From NCBI GenBank assembly GCA_964016885.1, contig OZ024741.1:142910001-142974000 (forward strand): a stretch of 64,000 nucleotides of DNA. Direction: 5' to 3'. Positions 52,832 through 64,000 of this stretch are shown here, in pieces. Made by a program: the position numbers and the translations under genes. How positions within the stretch are numbered: position 1 is the first letter of the stretch; each line of letters begins with the position of its first letter. The notes beneath the pieces are model-generated. The model was given only the letters and a program-made list of their open reading frames with translations. It did no database searches and was not told where the DNA came from. Origin of the DNA: Eledone cirrhosa (Eukaryota).

Positions 52832-52915
52832 ACTACACACACTGAAGAATACAAACTAGAACCTTTATCTGAACTCCGGGTTGAGGTGGATAATGGAGCA
52901 GAAGTGGAGTTAGAG
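52832..52915 (+). CDS. CLP1: CLP1 exon 2 (TTHTEEYKLEPLSELRVEVDNGAEVELE)
   Basis: Polypyrimidine tract plus aag acceptor; gttggt donor; ELRxEV motif of the CLP1 N-terminal domain. Confidence 0.92.
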
Positions 52916-53238
52916 GTTGGTTTCTAAATTTTCACTATTTTCTCTTGTTTATTAATTTATTTAGTTATCTTATTTCACTAAATAGTTTGTGGTTGCTGTT
53001 GTTAGCAGGCTGACCTATGACTAACATGCATTTTACTTGTGGCCATCCTGTTTCTTTTTCTATTCTTGTCCTTTTTTTAAAAAATATTTGTAAAGTGGTT
53101 GGGGTTAGGAAGGGCATCCAGCCTTAGAAATCATGCTAAAATGGAACATACAGCCAAGATTCAGTCTGGAAAATATGCCTGAAACGGGAATGGTGGTGAT
53201 GATGATGATGATGATGATATATATTTATGTGTGTGTGT

Positions 53239-53480
53239 GTATTGAACAATGAAAATAAAACAAAAGTCGAAGAGGGTTGATTGATCATGGTAGATCGATA
53301 TATTGATTGTTTCTGAGGAAGATGGTGTGATGGATCAGGGATTTTGAGACATAACCACTACTTGTTCGTCCATATATTGATCTACCATGATCAATCAACC
53401 CTCTGAAATGATCATAAAACAATGAACTAATTATGAAACTGTGTTAGACTTTTGTTTTATTTTCATTGTTCAGTATACAC
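53239..53480. repeat. Two-segment foldback
   Basis: 53239-53268 pairs with ~53447-53478; 53271-53303 pairs with 53372-53404. Confidence 0.9.
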
Positions 53481-55221
53481 ACATATATATAAAATGACTC
53501 TGTTGCTCAAGTAAAATTTTTGAGGGAACCTTATGCAATGAGAGCCTACTTCAAAAACTATAGTTCTCACTGCCTAATCTCATTGAAATCATCTCTTAAG
53601 GGCTGCTTTAAGTTCTAACAATGTTATCGGACCCACCATAAATAAGTGGATGCTATAAGAAGAGCATCCAACTGTAAAAACCCCACCCAAAATACAGTTC
53701 TGTTTGAGCAAGGTACGGCATGGCCAACTGGCCAGGCTTGTCTCATAATGTGGACGACCCGTCTAACCCATGCAAGTGTGGGAAAAAAGAGGTTAAACGG
53801 TGATGATGATGATGAGATTATATATATATGTATTAAAATATTGATTAATACATGAAGTAATTAATCATATTGTCTGACAAAAGTGCTACAGGTAGTCATT
53901 ATTAAAACCTAAATCCTGCCGAGGTTGACTTTGCCTTTCATCCTTACGGGGTCGATAAAATAAAGTACCAGTAATGCACTGGGTAATTTGCTGGCCTTGT
54001 GCCTAAAGTAGAAACAATTATTAAAACCTAAAGTCAGCTCCCCAATATAAATTTTTAAAAATTTCATTAGGAACATAATTATATTTCATAAGCCTTATTC
54101 GAGGTTGACTTTGCCTTTCATCCTTACAGGGTCGATAAAATAAAGTACCAGTAATGCACTGGGTATTTTGCTGGCCTTGTGCCTAAAGTAGAAACAATTA
54201 TTATATTTATATATATATCACTTCTTTTAGAACCAAAATGACAAACCAGCTGTTGATATTATGTACACACATCATTTGGTCTAGTTTTCCTATAGTCTAT
54301 ATACAAGGTCTGTGTGTGAAATACTACCAGTAAATTTTCCAAGCAGAAAATAAAAAATAAAGATAATAGTAATACGATTGCTTTAGAATTTTCACTGGAG
54401 TTTGTTACACGTGGGTTTTACACTTGTGTAGGGTCTAATTATTATTATTGTGTTGGGCGGTGGATTGGCAGTATCGGTAGAGGGTCGGACACTATGCTTT
54501 GACGAAAAGAGTTACGGCCCTTGCCATTCTGAGTTCAAATCCGTCGAGGTTAACTTTGCCTTTCATCCTTACGGGGTTGATAAAATAAAGTACCAGTAAT
54601 GCACTGGGTAATTACTGGCCTTGTGCCAAAAGTAGAAACAATTATTATTGTGTTGGGCAAATGTGTAGCAGTTTGTTATGTTCTAAGTTAAATCCCGCTG
54701 AGATGAACTTTACCTTTCATTTTTCTGGGTTTAACAAAATAAAGTACCAATCAAATACTATGATTGATTTAATTGATTTTCCCCCTCCTCTCAAATTTCT
54801 GGCCTTGTGCCTAAATTAGAAATCTTATTTTAATAGCAAGAAGTATAGGATCACCAATAGTATTACTGTAGTTAGGGTGGTGGATTGGTAAAGTGTCAGA
54901 TAAAATGCCATTTTGATATTTGTTTAAGGTCTTTACATTCTGTTCAAATCCCACCGAGGTCATCCTTCCAGGGTCTATAAAATAAAGTACCAGCCAAATT
55001 CTGGGATTGATTTAATCAACTTCTCTCTTCCTCCAAATTTAAGGACCTATAAAGAACTTCCAGGTAACATTGCAAGGTCATTGTTATATTTTTAACATTT
55101 ACCTTCCAATTCACATTGTGGTAACTTTCAAACAAAACACTATTTTCTACATCTAACACAATACTTCAAACTAACTACAATACTCTCTTATTGAATGTTG
55201 TTTCATTTAAATCTATTACAG

Positions 55222-55335
55222 CTGACGGATGGTAAAGCTGAGGTGTTTGGTACAGAACTGGTGAAAGGGAAGAAGGCCACATTTCTCCCAAGTTCAAAAC
55301 TGGCTGTTTTCACATGGCATGGATGTGGTATTAAA
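55222..55335 (+). CDS. CLP1: CLP1 exon 3 (LTDGKAEVFGTELVKGKKATFLPSSKLAVFTWHGCGIK)
   Basis: GxAExFGTEL and AVFTWHGC motifs; ends at the U12 donor ATATCCTTTT. Confidence 0.96.
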
Positions 55336-56127
55336 ATATCCTTTTATGTATTTGTTAATTATTTGTCATGAGATCCTTTTTCATCATCACCACCATTTGA
55401 CATCTGCCTTTCCTACTAGCAAGGGTTGGACAGGTTTTCATGGTCCAAGTCAGTACTGAAATAACTCTACTGACCTCTCAGACAGGCCAGAAGTCTGCGT
55501 CTTCCTTACATATGGTCCTATGCTCTATTGACTGCATTTTATCATAGCACCAGCACTAAGGAAGTTGTCATGGCTTTAACACAACTGAGGGGGCCTCCCA
55601 ACTCTTTTACGGGCATTGTTTTATGGCTGTATGCCCTTCCTGGCCACTTACAACATATAGAGATATAGTGTATTTATTCTAGAGCAGAGACATTTTGGAA
55701 TGGTGTGCTAATAAGGAGGTGAGTGTTACTGAAACTGAAGGGAAAAGTGTATACTGCATGTGTGAGAAGTACTAAGATTTATTGGAATGAGACAGGTGAT
55801 GAACATCAAGCAACAGAAATGAGAATGTTCTGGTGGATAATTGGAGGAAGACGCACAATGAATTGCAAAGGTTCATGGGAATAGAGAAATGGAATAAGAT
55901 GGTTGGGTCATGTGTTGCGGAAGGATGAAAATGACTGAGAAGAGAGATGGAATTAATGTGGAAGGAGGTAGGCCACATGCATGTTGATTTCAAGAGCAGG
56001 CTGTTCTGTTGCAACTGGGACACTTGTCATTGGAACAAACCAGAGGTCCAACCCACATACTTTCTGTGTATCTTATTTTATTTTTGTTCTACCTGTATTT
56101 CTAAGTTTATCCTTAATTTGATGTCAC
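55336..56127 (+). other. CLP1: U12-type (minor spliceosome) AT-AC intron of CLP1, 792 nt
   Basis: 5' site ATATCCTTTT; branch site TTTATCCTTAAT at 56106-56117; terminal CAC; removal gives HGCGIK|[10 protein letters not shown], colinear with human HGCSVQLSGRTEVAYV (recalled). Confidence 0.95.
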
Positions 56128-56253
56128 TTAATTGGTAAGACGGAGATGGCTTATGTCTCCAAGGAAACTCCCATGGTGATGTACTTGAATGTCCACGGAG
56201 CTTTGGAGCAGATGAAACAGAAAGCCAGTGAAGAGATGTCTCCTGGACCGAGG
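56128..56253 (+). CDS. CLP1: CLP1 exon 4 ([42 protein letters not shown])
   Basis: 126 nt; AYVSKxTPM..YLN.H.ALEQM motif; donor AGG|gtgagc. Confidence 0.96.
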
Positions 56254-56699
56254 GTGAGCACATTTCAGTTTTTACATTTGTTTTCAACCAGTAGCATAGC
56301 TAGGCAGAAGCAAGTAATGGGAGAAGCCAGCCCAAGAAATACTTTTATGGGTAACATATTTGGGTCTGATGTATATGTGGGAGGGAGGGGGGACTCAAAG
56401 CTGCCTTGAGTGTCACACACTCTAGGTATGCCACTGTAGAGGACCAGTGCTGTCAATAATGATGGCAATAACATTGAATGTATTTAATTTTTGAAGACCA
56501 TAGTAAAAGTTTTGTAGCAGGCTTGTTACCTCGTATCTGACCTGAAAGTTGAAGATGCCTGACACAGATTGTATGACTAATGGGCGGGAGGTTGCCATAG
56601 AGAATTTTGTTTGTAACTTGGGCTTGATGTTATTTATCCTTCTTAGTATTTATGTGTAGCAACCATCTAAAGCTTTGGTGATAGGTATTGTTACAAACT

Positions 56700-57335
56700 A
56701 TGATTCACAGAAATACAGTACGGCTGATTCCACTGTAGCATTGAATAAAATAACTTTTGTTTTTGGGGTTATGTTAGATTTCCACTCCTTATTTAGTGAG
56801 TTCACAGCAGACCATGTTTGTGTTATCCTGTTGTTTATATCATTTGATGAGTTGGTGTATGCACCAAGGTATTTGAAATTGTCTACTTTTTCGAGAACAG
56901 TATTGCTTAATAAATTTGATGTTTGTTGCTTGATCTGAGTTGATGGTCATGTATTTGGTTTTGTTGACATTTAGGAAGAGTCCCATAGCTTGAGTAGAAA
57001 CTTCTAGCTCATGTAAGAGATCCTTAATGAATCTGCACATAAAACAATGTCATCTGCTAAGTGTTGTGACAGATGTCTTGTGCTTTTGAAGAGTAAAACC
57101 ATCAAAATCATTAATAGCAGCATGTAGTGCATAGTCAAGTACAATGATAAATCAATATGGTGCATGGGGATCACCTTGAAGTACACCTGTGACTGCCTGA
57201 AAGAAGTCAGTTTTTCCTTCTGCTGTTAGTACTGTAGCAAGATTGTTTTCGTACGTGATCCTGACACCATTAACGAGTGTGAGAAGAATACCGTAGGCAA
57301 GTAGAACATCAAACATATGTTCAGATAATGCTATC
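56700..57335 (-). mobile_element. Decayed RTE-like RT fragment in CLP1 intron 4
   Basis: GVLQGD; LADDIVL; GLFLNVNKTKYM. Confidence 0.72.
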
Positions 57336-58080
57336 AAATTCTTTATTATTTACAAAATGATATGAAAATCATCAGCAGTGTTTTTCATTAGAAATCATTA
57401 TCATCATCATCATCATCGTTTAACGTCTATCTTCCACGCTAGCATGGGTTTAGACAGGAATTGTCCCACTTGAGGCAAGATTGGTTGTCTTGCTCGTATA
57501 GGACTGTCTGGCAGGTTTTCTATGGCTGGATGCCCTTCCTAACACCAAATTGGTAACAATTGGGTTAATAGGTAAAGATTGGTGGAATAGGTATCCATGC
57601 ATTACCATCTTTAATGAGCATTGGATGGTTGCAGTTGGAATGTCATCGATCATATGTCTCTTATATCAAGAAGCAGTATAACAACAATGATTTTTAACCA
57701 TGGCACAATCTTCATCATCATTGTTTTTACATCAACTTTTCTATGCTGACAAGGGCTAGATTAGACTTTTTAAAACAGTGTTTTCCAACTGGATACTCCT
57801 TCGTTAGGGTGAGCCTTGTGAGAGCTTTTAACACACTTGGCATCATCATTGTTTTTATTTCATTGGACAGGACTTTTTGAGGTGTTTTAATGCCAGATGC
57901 CATTCTCGACACTAACCCTTTTAGTTGCTTCTTCAAAGTGCAGGGATACAGTGTACCCATTCTAAACTGGACGCATAGATACACAAGGCCACAAATTTCA
58001 TCAACTACTCCCTCCTTCCAGCTTTCTGTTCTTTTGTTTCTGTTAAAAGTCATTACAAAGTTTTGTACTTTTTTTTTCAG

Positions 58081-58194
58081 ATTATGATTGTTGGGCCTAA
58101 GGACGTGGGTAAAAGTACCGTTTGTAAGCTACTTCTGAACTACTGTGTACGTTCAGGCCATGCCCCTTTATTTGTGGATATTGATGTTGGACAA
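58081..58194 (+). CDS. CLP1: CLP1 exon 5, P-loop ([38 protein letters not shown])
   Basis: Walker A GPxDVGKST and Walker B-like DxDVGQ; ttttcag and gtaagt splice sites. Confidence 0.98.
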
Positions 58195-59549
58195 GTAAGT
58201 TGAGAATTTTATAACTTAATCTCCTCCCTGCCCCACCCCACCTACAACACGGGTCTCCCTACTCCTCAGTCAACTCATTTTTTTGTAATCATAATGTTAC
58301 ATCTTGCTGTTTAGCTCCAGTTTTATTTATTTATTTATTGTTTAATTAGGAGGAATGGCAACACCCATAACCCTTGAAATATTTTCAATGGATTAAGGCT
58401 ACCATCCAAGTAACCACTGGGATTTGAACTCAGAACACAATGAGCTGAAACAAAAACTACAAGGCATTCCATTCAACAGCTTGACAATTCTGCCAGCCCA
58501 CTGTACCTATTCCAAAAATTGGGATATACATAGTAATGTAGAACAAAAGGCCGGCTATATGATGCCTATGTGTATATTAGTGAAACACGAACAGTGATTG
58601 CAGAGAATATGTGTAGGCTGGAGAGAAATAAGCATGGTTCAATGTGTGAATGACAAAGTATGGATGAACTGAGAGAAAAACTGGGCATAAGAGGAATCAA
58701 ATGCAGTGTGTAAGGAAAAAGACTGCTGGTATGAACATGTAATGTGCATGGATGATATTTTGAGGGTCGCTGGGTGAAGAAGTGTCAAGAAATCCTAGTG
58801 GAAGGAAGACAGTGTTGGTGAGAGCTGATCACAAATTCTTGAAGCTCACAGAGGAGATGATGAAGTACTGCAATGAGTGAAGGGATGCTGTGCTGATAAA
58901 GACCCATCCAACCTATGAAAGCATGGACAAGCGGGCATAAGATGATGATATATGTATATATAAGTAACAGAAGCACTAGCACAGCATGCTTGGGAATAAA
59001 GCATATATGGTAATATATATAATATGTAACAGTCATAGTCAGACAGTGAATCTTTTCAGCTGTATTATATCACAGCTACCTCACTGACCATTTAAGAAGA
59101 CTGCATATATGTATTTCAGGATCATTAATCCATTTTCAGCTATGCTTACTTACTTGGTACTGAGGTATAGAAATAAATAGCTTCTTATGTAGAGAATTTT
59201 TATGATGGCTCATTTGCATATAGTGTCAGCTTGATATGCTTGTATTAATTAGCAATAGCAGTAACACAGCATGATTCAGAATAGTGGTGTATATAGAAAC
59301 ATATACAATGTTTATGCATAGTCTCATAGTGAGTATTTTAAGCTGTGATCATATCACTAATAAGCATTTAAAAACACTATTACAGGATTGTTAATCCATC
59401 TTCAATGATGCTTACAAACTCAGTGCAGAGATATGAAAGCCATTGTATCAATTATATATATAAGTGTTGATTTCTTTGTTGATAACTTTTCCTATTGTGT
59501 AAAAGTAAAATGTTAAGGGTCTCTAATTGTTTCCTGTCTTTCTTTTCAG

Positions 59550-59577
59550 AGTATGATTTCAATACCTGGCACTCTAG
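59550..59577 (+). CDS. CLP1: CLP1 exon 6, 28-nt microexon (SMISIPGTL)
   Basis: Long polypyrimidine tract plus cag; gtaagt donor; supplies the conserved SIPGT. Confidence 0.93.
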
Positions 59578-59799
59578 GTAAGTCTTCTATCTCTTAAAGC
59601 AATAGAGCTCGTGCCAGAATAAAAGGCACCCAGTCGACCCTGTCAGTTGGTAGTGGTAGTGTCACAATAAAACACACCTGGTACATGCTGTGAAATGGGT
59701 GGTGTTAAGAAGGGTATCCAGCTGTAAAAGTTGCCCATACTTGCTCTACACTGATTGATTGTGACTAAATACTAAATCAAAGACCTTTCCAACCTACAG

Positions 59800-59973
59800 C
59801 GGCAGCAGTTGTCGAGAGACCAGCAGACATTGAAGATGGTTTCATCCAGTCCGTAGCGCCAGTTGTTTATCATTTTGGACATTTTAGTCCTAACGAGAAC
59901 CTTGCTCTCTACAATCTTCTCATCAGTAGACTAGCAGCAGTCATCCAACTGAAGTGTGAAGCAAATAAGAAAA
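59800..59973 (+). CDS. CLP1: CLP1 exon 7 (AAAVVERPADIEDGF...APVVYHFG...CEANKK)
   Basis: 174 nt; ERPAD.E.GF and P.VYHFG motifs; ctacag and gtgagt splice sites. Confidence 0.96.
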
Positions 59974-61349
59974 GTGAGTTTATATTTCTTTATTATGTAA
60001 CTCTCTTTTACTCTCTATCTTACTCACTTTCCCTTTCCTTTTTTTCTTACTCCTCATCTCTCTCTCTCTCTCTCTCATGCACACCCAAGATGTATAAAAG
60101 TTCTGATGCATCCACCCTTATTTGATATTGATTTCAGTCTAAAGTAGAATGAGGAGGAGGGGACTGTTTATCTAAAGGGTCTATGTCAGTGTAAAAGATG
60201 GATAGAGAACATAGAAGAATGTCTTGGTGTGTCTTTTGCCTGGAGGATCATTATGGTAGAAGTCATAAGCTGATGACATACCTTAACTATTATTGTTATT
60301 TAACCCAAGATCAGCTTTGATCCAGCAGATATCATAACTTTGTTCATTTTCCATATATCTAAGACTGTATTATCTTGTGTCCTTCCAGTTTTAGCTAGAA
60401 TAAGACTTTGACTCCTATTTCTAGCATACACAGATACTTCATTGGCTTCTGTGCTTTATGGTATGTTGGTTAATTAAGATTGTTGCAAATTCCACATAAT
60501 TCTGCAAAAAACAAAAAAAACACTATCTGTTTTCTATTCTGGCATGCAGAATATAGTGTTTTACCCCAACAAAACACATTGAAACACCGTGGATTTGAAC
60601 TGGTTATCACTGGTTTGTTAAATCTATACATTATTCTATTTCTCTCTCTACAAATAAGGTTGTTGTTGTTGATCTACCTCTGTGAATTGGTTGCCGTTAA
60701 GAAGGTTATCCGACTATAGAAATCAAGACAAAAACGGAGAGTGTAAACAAGACGTAGTCACCTGACCTGTATAACCTCACAAGTTTACCACTCTTCTAAC
60801 TTATGCAAGCATGGAAAATAGACATTAAGCGGTTATGATGGTGGCAGTTTCGCTGGCGTCTAATTTTAAATAAACAAAAGGCTTAAAATAAATAAATTAA
60901 TTAACGCTATTTCTAAGAATATGGCACAACAAACCTAAAGATTTATTGTTTGGTGGCATGTCTACACTAATTTCTTCCCCTTTTAGTGTGTTTCTTCCAT
61001 CTGTATATAAATTAGAGCGACTTCTGTCGTCACAGTCTGTATGTGTCTGTAAATGGAAGGAAGGGGATGGTGAAAAAACTATAGCAAAACAGCAGCTGAG
61101 TGTATGTGAATATGTGTTTGTGTGAATGTATATGTGCTTGAGTGAATGTATGTCTGTATTTTTGTAAGTGTCTGTTTGCACGGTTGTATTTATATACTCA
61201 TACATATAAATGTATGCATATATACACATGCGTCAGCGTGTTGAAAAAACCCTAGTAATTTAATTATCTGGAATTGCTGGTGTTTGTAATATCTCTCATA
61301 TGTCAGTGTATGAAAGTGCATTTATTAACCTGTTTCTTGTTTATTTCAG

Positions 61350-61439
61350 CTAACCTCAGTGGTGTTATCATCAACACAAGTGGCTGGGTACGAGGGGGAG
61401 GTTACCAATCATTAGTACATACAGCTGGAGCATTTGAAG
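61350..61439 (+). CDS. CLP1: CLP1 exon 8 ([30 protein letters not shown])
   Basis: 90 nt; clasp motif INTxGW; tttcag and gttagt splice sites. Confidence 0.96.
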
Positions 61440-62230
61440 GTTAGTCTGTTAACTACTTTAATACCAACCCAGACAAAATCGGCTTTGCTTCTACGAAACA
61501 AACCCACCCGTTTTATAAGGTTCCTGTTTCAATTAATACCTTTTGACATAATTTTATATGTGAACTTTATGATAACTATTTATATTGGAGATGAAATAAT
61601 TAATTTGAGTAAATCTCTCAAAATTCTTCATTAATTAATTCAGATAAAGTATATCTCATTAGAAATATGATCACAAAGAGGTTAACTATTTTTTCTATTA
61701 CAGTTTAGTCAGAAAGGAAAAGACAGTGCCTATGACCCTTTTCAGGGTCTCCAAGATTGGTGGAAGTGACTTGACCCAAATGTTGGCGACAAAATCAGAT
61801 CCACTAAAGTGATCCAAAAGTTACGTGGTGGTGTTAAACCAGATGTGATATTAAGTCTGTCACTCATGTAGGCTACAGCAAGATTTGAACTCAGAATACA
61901 AAGAGCTTTGTTCAAATTCTGCTGAAGTCAACTTTGCCTTTCATCTAACTAAGATAATAGTTAATAATAAGGGGTGAATAAATCAAATAAAGTACTCTCT
62001 TGACATTGCCATGTTTATTCAGCCATTATTTATGATTATCAACTATTATCATATTTATCTGCATTATGGCAACTATATTTTCAAATTTTAAATTTCCCAC
62101 TGCTTTGTATATCAATCAGCTCTTGTTAATTATTCTTGTTAATTCCTCCATTTGTTTGTAAAATGTTGTCATGGCTATTACATCTTGCCATTGTGGTCAG
62201 TTATATTCTTTTTTGGTTATCTATTTACAG

Positions 62231-62331
62231 TAGACATCATAGCAGTACTGGATCAAGAGAGGTTATACAACGAATTGGTGCGGGATATGCCTGACTTTGT
62301 GAAAGTTATCCTTCTTCCGAAATCTGGAGGG
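62231..62331 (+). CDS. CLP1: CLP1 exon 9 ([34 protein letters not shown])
   Basis: 101 nt; [11 protein letters not shown] and LPKSGG motifs; ttacag and gtatgg splice sites. Confidence 0.97.
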
Positions 62332-63260
62332 GTATGGAATCAAGAACTCTTTCCCCTACCCCTTACCTCAACTTTGGTCTAAAATAAACTATTGGCATTT
62401 TTTCTAAACAAAGGGTTGGGAGGACCCTTCACTTATGTTAAGGGTGTAACAAATTCCTTAGTGTTGGTGATCTACACGCTAAGCATATCCAGTACACACT
62501 ATAAAGTGGTTGGTGATAGAAGGGCATCCAACCATAGAAAGCTTGGGAGGACTTTTCATTTGTGTTAAAGACATGACAACCTCTCTAGTGCTGGTGCCAT
62601 TATACAAATGCACTCGGTAGAATGTGCAACCATATGTGAGATGCAAATCCCCTGGCCTGTCTGTGAGGTCGGTAACCCAACTTCACTACTGACTTCGTCT
62701 GTGAAGAACTGTCCGATCCCTGCTAGCGGGTAAAGTAGATGTTAAATGGTAACAATGATGATGATGTGTTATTAGAAATGCTGGCATTCAAGTTTAGCTA
62801 GTTTGTTAAAAGTAAAGGGTTTAAATTCTTGCTGGGACCATATTCAAGTATTTATAGATCTTTGGTTCAAGTACCATCACTCTGTTTTAACCCTTCGTTC
62901 TCCTACACTTACTCATCAACATCATTCAACTGCAGTTGGGGATCCAGGCAGATGGTTGCTTCTGACATAACCTGCTGGAAGAAGTGTTTGAGGACTCAGC
63001 CACGACCCTCGCAGGAATAAGTGGATGAAGAAGAAGGGTGTACACCACTGCTTTTCACACATCTGATGCACCTCTCCTATCCAACCCATGCATATATACA
63101 TGGAAAGCTGGACATGCTCCACACCTGCTCTCTCACAGTGTTGGTGCCATGACAAAGAGCAGCTAGTCCACCTTGTACTGTGATAGTACTAGTCCCACAA
63201 CAAGAAAAGCACCCAGTCCACCATGAAAGGTTGTTGTGTTGGTTATATATATATATATAT

Positions 63261-63720
63261 GTCAACTCTGGATGTCGGTGAGCATGTCCAGCTAACCTCG
63301 GTCTCCTCTGTGTCACTTTTGAGCTGACTTTTGGGATGCTCCCATACAGCTCTGAGTTTTTCATCCTCAGTGTATACTGATTAATGTTCAGAGCTATCCT
63401 CAGCATTCTCGTGTAGCACCCATCCACCATCTGAGTGAGTTTCTTGGTCAGTGTCCAAGTCTCAGACCCATACAGCAGCACAGACTCCTCTACAGCAATG
63501 AAGAGGTGGACTTTCAGGTCCATGTATCGGCTCCTTTGGGAGCCGCTACATGGACACTAGAAGAGGAAGACCAAGGTTAACGTATGTTGATGCCCTAAGG
63601 ACAGACACTGGTCTGTTGGAGACGCAGGACATGGCAGCGATAATGAGGGACAGAGACCACTGGAGAGAACTCGTCCATAGATCTCGGGGAATTTTACCCG
63701 CCTTAGATAGATAGATAGAT
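63261..63720 (+). mobile_element. Short 5'-inverted RTE LINE insertion in (TA)n
   Basis: Minus segment 63261-63520 (LLYGSETWTL...RLAGHAHRHPELT); plus segment 63521-63720 (MYRLLWEP...RGRPRLTYVD) ending in (TAGA)n. Confidence 0.88.
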
Positions 63721-63772
63721 ATATATATATAACTGTGTTTGTGAAAATATATCTTTACAAATGTTGTTTCAG

Positions 63773-63911
63773 GTTGTTGAGAGAAATGCTCACAGCAGGA
63801 CAGAAAGCCGTGACAGTAAAATTCGTGAATATTTCTATGGAATCAGAAATACTTACTTTCCACATTCCTTTGAGGTAAAGTTCACTGATGTGAAAATATA
63901 CAAAATAGGCG
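63773..63911 (+). CDS. CLP1: CLP1 exon 10 ([23 protein letters not shown]...VKIYKIG); gene continues beyond window end
   Basis: 139 nt; lid RxxxxR and IREYFYG motifs; tttcag and gtgagt splice sites. Confidence 0.96.
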
Positions 63912-64000
63912 GTGAGTACTCTCTTAGTTATTCAATATATCAGTTGATCAGTTAGCTCTGCTTTTGCATTTGTTATTGCTGTTGTTTAACCCCAGGTCAA

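Larger units (their letters stand above)
52076..55030 (+). mobile_element. Cluster of about 7 same-orientation SINE family B copies (full copies at 52236-52423 and ~54456-54640; others elsewhere at ~29545, ~41045 and ~42037 on minus)
   Basis: Shared core gccgaggttaactttgcctttcatccttacggggtcgataaaataaagtacc; tRNA-like head; tail ...gtagaaaca ATTA; the span also includes CLP1 exon 2. Confidence 0.85.

Noticed and set aside
53313-53371. Second hammerhead (CTGAGGA...GAGAC...GTC)
   Set aside because: GAAA is missing and stems I-III cannot be formed in register

Overview
Eukaryotic, AT-rich, intron- and repeat-rich DNA; the SINE/RTE repertoire looks cephalopod (octopus-like), which is inference. 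The ORF track is mostly noise or transposon debris. Manual exon reconstruction gives two head-to-head genes, both running off the window: a DNAJB6/MRJ-type Hsp40 on the minus strand (4 coding exons at 757-19092, probable non-coding first exon near 49.7-49.9 kb) and the RNA 5'-kinase / 3'-processing factor CLP1 on the plus strand (10 coding exons at 50509-63911). Highlights: (1) an AT-AC U12-type intron in CLP1; (2) a minimal type I hammerhead ribozyme in a Penelope-like foldback inserted in (TA)n; (3) two clear and one probable 5'-inverted (twin-primed) RTE-type LINE insertions; (4) paired perfect heat-shock elements plus a TATA box inside DNAJB6 intron 1; (5) a young SINE family whose target-site duplications start with ATTATT; (6) several (TA)n-anchored foldbacks. 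I found no evidence for a wholly new multi-gene system. Repeat boundaries are approximate unless a TSD or TIR is quoted.
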